Origin: Acaryochloris marina S15
GTDB lineage: Bacteria; Cyanobacteriota; Cyanobacteriia; Thermosynechococcales; Thermosynechococcaceae
Direction of reading: 5' to 3'
NCBI RefSeq assembly: GCF_018336915.1
Contig: NZ_CP064923.1
Span: 5,760,001 to 5,792,000, forward strand
Length of the DNA stretch: 32,000 nucleotides
Positions within the stretch are counted from its first letter, which is position 1, and every line of letters begins with the position of its first letter. The notes beneath the pieces were generated by a model. That model searched no databases, was not told the DNA's origin, and saw nothing but the letters and a program-made list of their open reading frames with translations. Below are positions 24,067 to 32,000 of the stretch, piece by piece. The position numbers and the translations under genes are program-made.

Positions 24067-25161
24067 ATGGTTAATCCCGTTATTTTGCAGCTAGATAACA
24101 TCATCAAGTGTTATACCGCTCACGCGCCTGCTGCAGTCAATCAAATTTCTCTACAACTGAAGCAAGGAGAGATCTTAGGGTTGTTAGGACCATCGGGTTG
24201 TGGAAAAACAACGTTATTGCGATTAATTGCTGGATTTGAGCAGGCAGACGCCGGGCAATTGTTATTGAATGGTCAAGTGGTTGCTGGAGTCCGGCAATGG
24301 ACGTCTCCTGAACAGCGCATGATTGGTATGGTGTTTCAAGATTTTGCCTTGTTCCCTCATCTAACGGTTGCGGATAATGTCACCTTTGGATTAAAGCAAA
24401 CAAAGAAGATCTCGACTGAGGTGCAACAACAGCGCCAGACGGATGTATTGCGATTAGTGGGATTGTTGGGCATGGAAAACCGATACCCCCATGAACTGTC
24501 TGGAGGTCAGCAGCAACGGGTGGCCTTGGCTCGTGCTCTAGCCCCCCAACCTCAATTGGTGCTTTTGGATGAACCCCTGAGTAATTTAGACGTACAAGTT
24601 AGACTGCGCTTAAGACAGGAGCTGCGAGATATTCTCAAAACGGCTGGTATGACGGCGGTGTTTGTGACCCATGACCAGGAAGAAGCCCTTGCGATCGCAG
24701 ATCAAGTAGCGGTGATGCGTCAGGGTTGTTTGGAGCAAATCGGTACCCCAGAAGAGATTTACCAACGTCCCCAGTCTCAATTTGTGGCGGAATTTGTCAC
24801 CCAAGCCAACTTTTTGGAAGCTCAACGATACGGCAATGCGTGGCAAACAGAAGTCGGGGCTTTTACACCGAGCGAGGGGGGTGATCTGACTGCTGAAGAT
24901 AATCAAGCCGTGGTAATGATTCGCCAGGAAGACTTAATTCTTCAGCCCGATCAGGCCGCCTCAACCATCATTCGCGATCGCCAATTTTTAGGTCGGGAAT
25001 ATCGGTATTGCCTTAAAACCCAGTCGGGCCGAGAGCTACATGCCCGCTCAAATTTTGTAGATGCTTTACCCATTGGCACTTCAGTCAGCTTATCGGTGGT
25101 GCCTCAAAACCTTAGGATTTTTCTTCAGAATTCAAGTCAGCCTGCCCAAATAGCTGCTTGA
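24067..25161 (+). CDS. ABC transporter ATP-binding subunit (FbpC/FutC/PotA-like importer ATPase) with a C-terminal regulatory domain. No adjacent permease or binding protein.
   Basis: Walker A GPSGCGKTT, signature LSGGQQQRVALARAL and Walker B LVLLDEPLS are present. I prefer the ATG at 24067 (MVNPVILQLDNIIKCY). Confidence 0.85.
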   Translation: MVNPVILQLDNIIKCYTAHAPAAVNQISLQLKQGEILGLLGPSGCGKTTLLRLIAGFEQADAGQLLLNGQVVAGVRQWTSPEQRMIGMVFQDFALFPHLTVADNVTFGLKQTKKISTEVQQQRQTDVLRLVGLLGMENRYPHELSGGQQQRVALARALAPQPQLVLLDEPLSNLDVQVRLRLRQELRDILKTAGMTAVFVTHDQEEALAIADQVAVMRQGCLEQIGTPEEIYQRPQSQFVAEFVTQANFLEAQRYGNAWQTEVGAFTPSEGGDLTAEDNQAVVMIRQEDLILQPDQAASTIIRDRQFLGREYRYCLKTQSGRELHARSNFVDALPIGTSVSLSVVPQNLRIFLQNSSQPAQIAA

Positions 25162-26092
25162 TAAACGTATTGGCACTGGGGAACAGCCATTTTTGGGTAA
25201 AGGCACCATAGGCTAACCCAACCCCTAACATGCCAACTCCCCAGGATGCTGCGGTTTGCAGCATTTGACGCCGTTCAATAGAGGGCACTTCTGTAATCAG
25301 CTCGTTGACCTCTGCTAAAGCTTCAATGGCAGAGGGATAGCGTTGGCGGAAATCATACCGGACCATCTTATCGATAATGTCCCCTAGTACAGGGTTAATG
25401 GAGATATATCGTCGCCAAGCAATCTCACCGGTTTTCGGATCAAAGGTAATCTTGCCTTTGGTCGGATCCATGCCTGTTAAAGCTTGAATGGCAATAATAC
25501 CGACGGCATAGACATCACTACTAAAGTTGGGGCGACCAATAGACTGTTCGCTAGGCATATAGCCATCAGTGCCGATGACGACGGTTTGAGCAATCCGGCG
25601 CTTATTTTTAACGGAGCCAAAATCAATTAAGACAATTTTCTTATCTTTCTTGCGCCGAATGAGATTGGCAGGCTTGATATCCCGATGAATGACTCGGCGC
25701 TGATGGACATAGGTAAGGGTCGTCAGTACATCTTGCAGGAAATCAATCACCTTCGCTTCTGACCAGCGTCGCCAGCCAAACTCTTGCTTAAGGTTTTTCC
25801 CTTCGATGTATTGCTCGATTAGAAAAAAGTCTTCATCTTCTTCGAAGTCATCAAAAAACTGAGGAATTTGGTCATAGTCACCCAGGCGCTTCAGAACTTT
25901 AACCTCAGTCGCAAATAGGCGGCGAGACGTTTTTACCGTGAATAAGTCATCGGACTCGGTCTGCAGTTTTTTGACGATACAGCGACGTTTATCAGAGCGC
26001 TGTGTATCCGTCGCTAAATAGGTTTTACTAAATCCACCACTTCCGAGCGCTTTGATCACTTTGTAGCGGTCGGCTAATGTGGTTCCCAACAT
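25112..26092 (-). CDS. Ser/Thr protein kinase (Hanks type) with a C-terminal TM segment
   Basis: 326 aa. G-loop GSGGFSKTY, catalytic loop HRDIKPANL, DFG and GTDGYMPSEQ are present. The C-terminal hydrophobic stretch is WGVGMLGVGLAYGAF. Confidence 0.88.
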   Translation of the reverse strand: MLGTTLADRYKVIKALGSGGFSKTYLATDTQRSDKRRCIVKKLQTESDDLFTVKTSRRLFATEVKVLKRLGDYDQIPQFFDDFEEDEDFFLIEQYIEGKNLKQEFGWRRWSEAKVIDFLQDVLTTLTYVHQRRVIHRDIKPANLIRRKKDKKIVLIDFGSVKNKRRIAQTVVIGTDGYMPSEQSIGRPNFSSDVYAVGIIAIQALTGMDPTKGKITFDPKTGEIAWRRYISINPVLGDIIDKMVRYDFRQRYPSAIEALAEVNELITEVPSIERRQMLQTAASWGVGMLGVGLAYGAFTQKWLFPSANTFIKQLFGQADLNSEEKS

Positions 26093-26253
26093 AAATGTAC
26101 TCGGCCCTGCAGTAAATCATCATACTGTAGAGCCGAGCAAGGTCGCATAAAATCGCGAAAAAGCCGATTTTTTAAATAGAAATATTACAATTCGTGATCC
26201 CAACTTTAGGGATCATGGCTCAGATGGGGATGAATCGGTCACAGGCTTGCGCC

Positions 26254-26613
26254 TTAAAATTCATCTTCATAGGTGTTGACTGCATTGGGGTCACTATCTC
26301 GCTTTGATCCCAATAGGTCTAAGCGATCGACGCGAATGACGGGGCGTGAGCGCTCCGCACCTGTATTGCGGTCCTGCCAACGGTCAAATTTGAGCGCTCC
26401 AGAGACACCAATTAGACTGCCTTTACGGACATAACTTGCAGCGATTTCTGCTGTTTTGCCCCAAATTTCTAAACTAAACCAGTCAGGCTGATCATCCCGA
26501 GAGCGTCGATTGACAGCTAGGGTGACATTGCAGACAACGCTGCCGGACTCAAAATATTTAACGTCTGGGTCCATGCCTGCACGACCCACTAGGCTAACTA
26601 AATTTAAACTCAT
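26254..26613 (-). CDS. ssb: Single-stranded DNA-binding protein
   Basis: MSLNLVSLVGRAGMDPDVKYFESGSVVCNVTLAVNR...WFSLEIWGKTAE has an OB fold, and the acidic C-terminal tip is YEDEF. I prefer the ATG at 26613 over the ORF-track start at 26652. Confidence 0.85.
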   Translation of the reverse strand: MSLNLVSLVGRAGMDPDVKYFESGSVVCNVTLAVNRRSRDDQPDWFSLEIWGKTAEIAASYVRKGSLIGVSGALKFDRWQDRNTGAERSRPVIRVDRLDLLGSKRDSDPNAVNTYEDEF

Positions 26614-26666
26614 GGTTGGATTTCCTAGACGTAACTTAGCCAAGATGGCCATAATGCTGATCGATT

Positions 26667-27815
26667 CTAGCTGGATTCTTCCTCATCCCGCATTACAGTT
26701 GGTAAATCAGAGGGGCCATCAGCCAGGGCGACGATATCTGGTGTAAAGCTTGGATAGGGATCGGAGCGATTGTCTTCTCCCCAGCGATCCAAAATATCTT
26801 TGACCAGTACTTCTTTCACCCAAATTTGGCCGATCACCATGAGCGGCAGGGCCAAAAGCAGCCCCAAAAAGCCAAAGAAAATGGCAAACACAATTTGAGA
26901 CAGTAAGGTGACAGCGGGCGCTAGGGAGAGCTGTTTGGCCATCACTGCAGGCACCAGCAAATATTGCTCCAACTGCTGAATCAGAATATAAAGGAGTAGT
27001 ACTGCAACGGCTTTCCAGGGGGCATCTAGCAGAGCAATGGCCATGGGTGGCATCAAACTTAGGGTCGGACCAATGTTGGGAATCGCTTCTAGCAGTCCGG
27101 CAATCAGGGCATTGGCCAGCACTAGATCAACCCCTAACACCCACAGCCCCAGACCGCTAAAGACGGCAATCACCGTCATATTGAACAAAATGCCTACAAT
27201 CCAGCTATCTAGGGCAGAATCACATAACCCCAGAATGTAATCGACGCGTCGCCGATAAAAGGAAGGAAACAAACGGATAAAAATGCGGCGATATTGGTCG
27301 GGATCGACCAAGAACATAATGGTTAACACCAGAACCAGCAGAATATTCAGGGCTACCAAAAGGGAGTTGGAAAATAAGGCAAAAAAGTTATTGACGACGC
27401 TTTCGGCAACGGCAGGAATCTTTTCCCGGAGATTGTCGATCAGTGAGTCAAGCGGAATTTCGATGCCAGCGCTGGGCATGCCAAAAGCTAAGCCGGTTTC
27501 TTGCGCTTCCCCAATCAGTTCTTCGATTCGAGTGAGGCTATCAGGAACACGATCCAACAATTCTTGGGCTTGAGTCACAAAAGGGGGGATCACCAAGAGG
27601 CCGATCAAACCGGCTACACCCATAATGGAAAAAATCGCTAAGGCGACGGCTAGCCCCCGATTCAGTCCCCGCTTTGTCAGCTGGCGAACCAGGCCATTCA
27701 GGGCAGAGGCGAGCACTACCGCCGTAAACCCTAACAGCAAGACTTGGCGAATTTCCCACAGAATGTAGAGAGACACCAAGAAGACGACTAAGCCAATCCA
27801 TTTCCCTAGACTCAA
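26667..27815 (-). CDS. AI-2E family transporter (PerM/UPF0118)
   Basis: 382 aa, polytopic. The conserved GLLEAIPNIGP-type motif is present (AGLLEAIPNIGPTL). Confidence 0.8.
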   Translation of the reverse strand: MSLGKWIGLVVFLVSLYILWEIRQVLLLGFTAVVLASALNGLVRQLTKRGLNRGLAVALAIFSIMGVAGLIGLLVIPPFVTQAQELLDRVPDSLTRIEELIGEAQETGLAFGMPSAGIEIPLDSLIDNLREKIPAVAESVVNNFFALFSNSLLVALNILLVLVLTIMFLVDPDQYRRIFIRLFPSFYRRRVDYILGLCDSALDSWIVGILFNMTVIAVFSGLGLWVLGVDLVLANALIAGLLEAIPNIGPTLSLMPPMAIALLDAPWKAVAVLLLYILIQQLEQYLLVPAVMAKQLSLAPAVTLLSQIVFAIFFGFLGLLLALPLMVIGQIWVKEVLVKDILDRWGEDNRSDPYPSFTPDIVALADGPSDLPTVMRDEEESS

Positions 27816-27878
27816 AATCTGCCTCCAATATCGATATCACTAATTGGCAGGGAAGACTCCCCTCGCGCTTACCGAATT

Positions 27879-28760
27879 TTAGGAGACGGATTGCGTTTTC
27901 AGTAAGGGGAATCCTAATTCTTCACGTTGGAGGAGATAGAGTTGAGCGACTTGGCGGGCCATTTGCCGAATGCGGCCAATATAACGGGTCCGCTCCGTCA
28001 CAGAAATAACGCCCCTGGCATCTAAAAGGTTAAAGGTATGGGAGCATTTGAGTACGTAGTCTAACCCTGGTAATACCAATTTTCTCTCTATAAGTTGCAA
28101 GGCTTCTTGCTCGTACAAACTAAAGAGCTGAAACAGTAGTTCTGGGTTAGAGGCTTCGAAGTTATAGGTGGATTGCTCAATTTCCCCTTGCAGATGGACA
28201 TCACCATAGGTGAGGGTGCCGTTCCAATCAATTTTGGCAATGGCATCGGTTTCCTGCAAATACATGGTCAGTCGTTCGAGGCCATAGGTCAGCTCAATGG
28301 AAACGGGACGGCAATCTAGCCCGCCGCACTGTTGGAAGTAGGTAAACTGGGTGACTTCCATTCCGTCGAGCCAGACTTCCCAGCCGACACCCCAAGCACC
28401 AACGGCGGCATCTTCCCAGTTATCTTCAACAAAGCGAATGTCGTGATCTTCGGGCTGAATGCCTAGGACTCGCAGGGAGTCGAGATAAATATCTTGGATA
28501 TCATCAGGGGAGGGTTTGACCAGGACTTGGTATTGATAGTAGTACTGATAGCGATTGGGGTTTTCGCCATAGCGACCATCGGCGGGGCGACGGCAGGGTT
28601 CGACGTAGGCCACGGCCCAGGGTTCTGGCCCCAAGGATCGCAAAAAAGTATGGGGGCTTTTGGTGCCTGCCCCTTTTTCTATGTCATAGGGCTGGACGAT
28701 TAGACAACCGCGATCGCTCCAAAATTCGTGGAGTTTGGCAATAACGGATTGAAAATTCAC
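27879..28760 (-). CDS. glyQ: Glycine--tRNA ligase alpha subunit
   Basis: 293 aa. [33 protein letters not shown]... is highly conserved GlyQ sequence. No glyS is adjacent. Confidence 0.95.
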   Translation of the reverse strand: MNFQSVIAKLHEFWSDRGCLIVQPYDIEKGAGTKSPHTFLRSLGPEPWAVAYVEPCRRPADGRYGENPNRYQYYYQYQVLVKPSPDDIQDIYLDSLRVLGIQPEDHDIRFVEDNWEDAAVGAWGVGWEVWLDGMEVTQFTYFQQCGGLDCRPVSIELTYGLERLTMYLQETDAIAKIDWNGTLTYGDVHLQGEIEQSTYNFEASNPELLFQLFSLYEQEALQLIERKLVLPGLDYVLKCSHTFNLLDARGVISVTERTRYIGRIRQMARQVAQLYLLQREELGFPLLKTQSVS

Positions 28761-28891
28761 AGCGCTTGACCTGTTTGTAGATGGGTTTCAGTTACCTAGT
28801 CTACGAGGCTCGTTTACATTTTGGTCGCTTTTTTCACAACTCCTCTCGTAGAACATGAGGGGTTAATGAGAAGTGGAGGGTTACAACTGAC

Positions 28892-29443
28892 TCAGCTCCA
28901 GCGCAATTGCTCTAATTTACGTTTGGCTTCTGGGTCCAGAGAGTGAGCGAGTAAGCGGCTGGGTGAGCGTTTCTTCGCATTTTGCTTAGAGCGAATTTTG
29001 GTGGTGGTGGCCGCCATTTCCTTGACGAGCTGTAGGGCTGACATCCACTCCGCACCATATCCCATCACCGTCAGCTGTTGCGCTCGATCAGATGTTGCCA
29101 CAATGATCCGAGCCAGTCGAGAGCGAGCTTTGGCACAGTACATCTCAATATAGGTATCTGCTGTTTGGCCATAGTCGGTGTAGTAGAGATCCAGGGATTC
29201 CGTAAAAGGTTCGCAGATTCCTTTCTCTTGCCGATTCTGGGCATCAAAAACCAGTCGTGCCTGATATCCTTGAAACGCGCTGTAGTTGGCAAGGGCATCT
29301 GCAAGGTGAAGTCTTGCGGTTTCCAGTTCTGGGATATTTTCAAAGATCTCAGCAGAAGCGTGACCGTTCTGGCGTTGTGACCAAACACCAAGGATGTTGT
29401 AACCGTCTACTAATAAGATCGGTTGCTCAGAAGACGCCGCCAT
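28892..29443 (-). CDS. NYN-domain (YacP-like) putative ribonuclease
   Basis: 183 aa. ILLVDGYNILGVW...VFDAQ...YTDYGQTADTYIE...VATSDRAQQ matches the YacP/NYN pattern. Confidence 0.7.
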   Translation of the reverse strand: MAASSEQPILLVDGYNILGVWSQRQNGHASAEIFENIPELETARLHLADALANYSAFQGYQARLVFDAQNRQEKGICEPFTESLDLYYTDYGQTADTYIEMYCAKARSRLARIIVATSDRAQQLTVMGYGAEWMSALQLVKEMAATTTKIRSKQNAKKRSPSRLLAHSLDPEAKRKLEQLRWS

Positions 29444-29523
29444 GCCAATTCGTAAAACTTTTTAATATTGCTTAATCATTCCTTTATTGTGACATTTCTA
29501 CTGCACTTCCGCAGGTTTATCTG

Positions 29524-30807
29524 ATGGCCGAAGTCTTGGCCGATCTTGTCATTCTCACCAATGGCCCTGGTGAACTTTCTACTTGGGTTCGACCCGTACT
29601 GCAAGGGTTAATGATGCGACCTCAGTTTAGTCGAGTGTCTATCTTGCTCTCTCCCTGTCCTCATGCTGGAGGTAATGAGCAGACTGTTGCAGCAACTTTC
29701 CCAGGGGTTGATCGGGTGTTAGGACCAGAACAGTTCTTTCCTTTTCTGCTCTGGGGAAAAACGCCCGATGCATGGAAGTGGCATCGACAAGGAGTGGTGG
29801 TTTTCTTAGGAGGCGATCAGTTCTATGCCGTAGTGATTGGCAAGCGGCTAGGCTATCGCATCGTTACCTATGCCGAATGGACTCCCCGCTGGTTACCTTG
29901 GATTGACCACTGTGGGGTGGCTCAGTCTCAAATTCTAAAAAAGGTCCCGCGTCGGTATCGTTCCAAGGTAACGGTGGTGGGTAATTTGATGACCGATATT
30001 CAACCGAGTGCCAATTCTGTCTCTTTTTTAGATCAGTTAGGGTGGCCTCCAGGAACGGAAATAGTCGGGCTATTGCCAGGTTCAAAGCCTTCCAAATTAC
30101 GGGTGGGGGTGCCCTTCTGCTTGGGAGTGGCAGATCAGCTCCAGCAATATCGACCCCAAACACAGTTCATTATTCCCGTTGCTCCCGGTCTTTCCTTGGC
30201 AACCCTATCTCGCTATGCTGACTCCAGCGATAACCCTTTGATTTCGAACTATTTAGGAAATACTGCCACCTTAGTTCAACCAGACCAGGGGCTTCCCTAT
30301 CTCTCCACGCCTCAGGGCACTAAAGTCTGGCTGTGGCTGCCCAACCCTGCCTATGATTTGCTAGTACATTGCCAAATTTGCCTGACCACTGTGGGTGCCA
30401 ACACGGCTGAACTAACGGCTTTAATGGTGCCGATGATGGTGATTCTGCCAACCCAGCATCTGGCTGGGGCACCTATTGGGGATGGTTTGCTGGGGCTAGT
30501 GGCTCGCCTACCGTTTGTCGGAGAAGTGATTAACCGCTACATCCTGCCGCCAGGGTTTAAGGCTTGGCCTAATATTTGGGCAGATCAAGAGATTGTGCCG
30601 GAGTGGGTTGGGCCTTTATCTCCTAAATCCGTTGCTCAATACTTGCAGACCGTGTTAGCTTCTCCATCCCGTCTGCAAGCCATCAAATTGTCTTTGAGAG
30701 ACGTGCGAGGTGAAGTGGGTGCTGTTTCTCGTTTTGCCCAACTAGTATCAGCAACCCTGGCAGAAGAGATGCCTTTTGAGGAGTATATGACCCAGAATTC
30801 ACCTTAA
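29524..30807 (+). CDS. LpxB-related (lipid-A-disaccharide synthase-like, GT-B fold) protein
   Basis: 427 aa. The N-terminal TNGPGELSTWVRPV and LLPGSK motifs resemble the cyanobacterial lipid-A-disaccharide synthase-related family. This assignment is from memory only. Confidence 0.45.
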   Translation: MAEVLADLVILTNGPGELSTWVRPVLQGLMMRPQFSRVSILLSPCPHAGGNEQTVAATFPGVDRVLGPEQFFPFLLWGKTPDAWKWHRQGVVVFLGGDQFYAVVIGKRLGYRIVTYAEWTPRWLPWIDHCGVAQSQILKKVPRRYRSKVTVVGNLMTDIQPSANSVSFLDQLGWPPGTEIVGLLPGSKPSKLRVGVPFCLGVADQLQQYRPQTQFIIPVAPGLSLATLSRYADSSDNPLISNYLGNTATLVQPDQGLPYLSTPQGTKVWLWLPNPAYDLLVHCQICLTTVGANTAELTALMVPMMVILPTQHLAGAPIGDGLLGLVARLPFVGEVINRYILPPGFKAWPNIWADQEIVPEWVGPLSPKSVAQYLQTVLASPSRLQAIKLSLRDVRGEVGAVSRFAQLVSATLAEEMPFEEYMTQNSP

Positions 30808-31196
30808 TAATCTTGGGATTGGCTATCGCGACGGCCCAATTCGTAGACCCCACCGATCAGCAAGCAAATCATTCCCAAACTGACACCCCAGCTACGGCCT
30901 CCAAAACCCCAGGTACTCGCGCAATAACAGAGGCTACCTACTATTAAAAACGGCAAAATACTAATAAGGGATGCACAGACTAAATTGCGGGCTTCACGAG
31001 CAGGGCGAGATTTCTCAAATTCTTCTGCCGATAGATATAAGGAGCGGTCAACGAAGTTAAGCCATCGGCAGAGCTGAGTTGTGATCCACTGACTTAATGG
31101 ATTAAATCCGATGTATAGACCTGTGGCCCATAGACTCCCCCCGGCAATGGGTAGAGCTTCGATCTGAAACTGAAATGGAAAAACGTCAATGACCAT
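30804..31196 (-). CDS. Hypothetical membrane protein (3-4 TM)
   Basis: 130-aa ORF with hydrophobic segments. It has a 4-nt convergent overlap with the LpxB-related gene. No family recognised. Confidence 0.45.
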   Translation of the reverse strand: MVIDVFPFQFQIEALPIAGGSLWATGLYIGFNPLSQWITTQLCRWLNFVDRSLYLSAEEFEKSRPAREARNLVCASLISILPFLIVGSLCYCASTWGFGGRSWGVSLGMICLLIGGVYELGRRDSQSQDY

Positions 31197-31377
31197 AGGT
31201 GATGGAGATGCCGAAATCGCAGGCTTTAGGGCTGCAATCTTTGGAGGTAGCAGTAAACGTGAAGGTTCATATCACTATGACATCAAATCCTTAATAAACC
31301 CACAAAAATCTTAACTCTTATGCGGTTCAATAGGCTGAAATATCGAATTTAGGTCGTGAGTTAGCTGATTTAGATGT

Positions 31378-31785
31378 CTAAGACTTTGAATGAGACTGTT
31401 CAAGCTGACATGGTGTGCAAATACCGAAAAATTCTAGCGTATGGTAGAAAATCTCGAACTTTGATGATTGTCTGAGCTGATTTTCCAATTCATGAACAGG
31501 GCATTCTTCCTCTTGGATGGGAATAGAAACGCCACATTGTAGACAAGTGACATGATGTTTATCTTGTTGAGCAGCAGTATAAAGGGTTTCGCCATTGTTC
31601 AGCAGTCTGGCCTGAATAATACCACTTAGTTTGAGGGTATCTAATGCCCGATAGACCGTGGCTAGCCCCAGGGTTAATTGAGCTTTACGTAACTCAAGAT
31701 AGAGTTCTTGAGCAGAAATCTCCCGGTTCAACTTTTTTAAAAGTTTGAGAACGGTATTTTGGCTGCGAGTAAGGTGTGATTTCAT
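31378..31785 (-). CDS. Fur-family transcriptional regulator (Zur/PerR-like)
   Basis: 135 aa. The winged-helix N-terminus is LTRSQNTVLKLLKKLNREISAQELY...ATVYRALDTL. HHVTCLQCG and GICTPCQ are the two CxxC structural Zn motifs. Confidence 0.85.
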   Translation of the reverse strand: MKSHLTRSQNTVLKLLKKLNREISAQELYLELRKAQLTLGLATVYRALDTLKLSGIIQARLLNNGETLYTAAQQDKHHVTCLQCGVSIPIQEEECPVHELENQLRQSSKFEIFYHTLEFFGICTPCQLEQSHSKS

Positions 31786-31794
31786 GAAAAGGGC

Positions 31795-31809
31795 ATCAAT
31801 AGTAATGAT
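31795..31809. promoter_or_regulatory. Fur/Zur-box-like 7-1-7 palindrome (ATCAATA-G-TAATGAT) just upstream of the Fur-family gene
   Basis: 6 of 7 arm positions are complementary, and the site is AT-rich. It lies 10-24 nt upstream of the ATG at 31785 and resembles the TGATAAT-n-ATTATCA class of operators. Confidence 0.35.
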
Positions 31810-32000
31810 GCAGTGGCCAAGTGCTTACAAATAGGGTGCCTCAAAATCTCGATTGCATATCGTATAGAAATGATCTAATGCGCTCCCATCCTAGAATAGA
31901 CCAACATATCTGACTTGAGTTTGTTACCTTAAGGACGATGTTTGCTGCCTACACCCATTAGATTGGAGATCACTCTGGCAGAGCACGATCAATGTTCAAC

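Noticed and set aside
23631-24107. ORF-track ORFs 23631-23813 (60 aa) and 23904-24107 (67 aa) on the minus strand.
   Set aside because: They have no start context, no motifs and odd composition. The second overlaps the 5' end of the ABC ATPase ORF. I treated the region as non-coding.
26108-26216. Two small inverted repeats between ssb and the kinase gene. One is CTCGGCCCTGCAGTA...TACTGTAGAGCCGAG (13/15 matching) and the other is TGATCCC-N9-GGGATCA.
   Set aside because: Neither is followed by a convincing U tract on the minus strand. They may be a weak ssb terminator or a kinase 5' structure, but the evidence is too thin to annotate.

Overview
This is a cyanobacterial chromosomal segment. The HIP1 octamer GCGATCGC occurs about 12 times. 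ntcA is present, glnB carries the cyanobacterial RGSEY T-loop, and there is a phylloquinone-type DHNA-CoA thioesterase. Most of the window is ordinary housekeeping or conserved-hypothetical coding sequence: tandem lepB paralogs, ilvD, fabI, ntcA, aroE, glnB, an orphan ABC ATPase, a Ser/Thr kinase, ssb, an AI-2E transporter, glyQ, a NYN-domain protein, an LpxB-related protein and a Fur-family regulator. No tRNA, rRNA or CRISPR array was recognised by eye. Three regions look accessory. (1) At 1171-2073 an intact IS1-family element, with a two-ORF -1 frameshift design, 23-bp terminal inverted repeats and a perfect 8-bp target duplication, has split a DUF4272-like gene. The uninterrupted allele can be rebuilt in frame from the flanks. 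(2) At about 8135-11970 there is an AT-rich islet between ilvD and the DHNA-CoA thioesterase. It holds three unrecognisable minus-strand genes (a 54-60 aa cytosolic protein, a 244-aa secreted Cys-containing protein and a 131-aa 3-TM protein). A 480-bp very AT-rich spacer separates them from a divergent 500-aa HTH + NB-ARC STAND NTPase that has no C-terminal repeat sensor. The islet contains a shared upstream motif and a long-range stem that encloses a 13-codon mini-ORF. This is my best candidate for an undescribed module, either a STAND-regulated or conflict-type cassette, but the functional link is inference only. (3) At 15017-18473 an AT-rich gene for an EF-hand NOX5-type NADPH oxidase, which is rare in bacteria, lies immediately downstream of a membrane-anchored periplasmic Ig-like/PD40 beta-propeller protein. 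Canonical NtcA boxes (GTAN8TAC) lie upstream of both ntcA and glnB, which are only about 3 kb apart.
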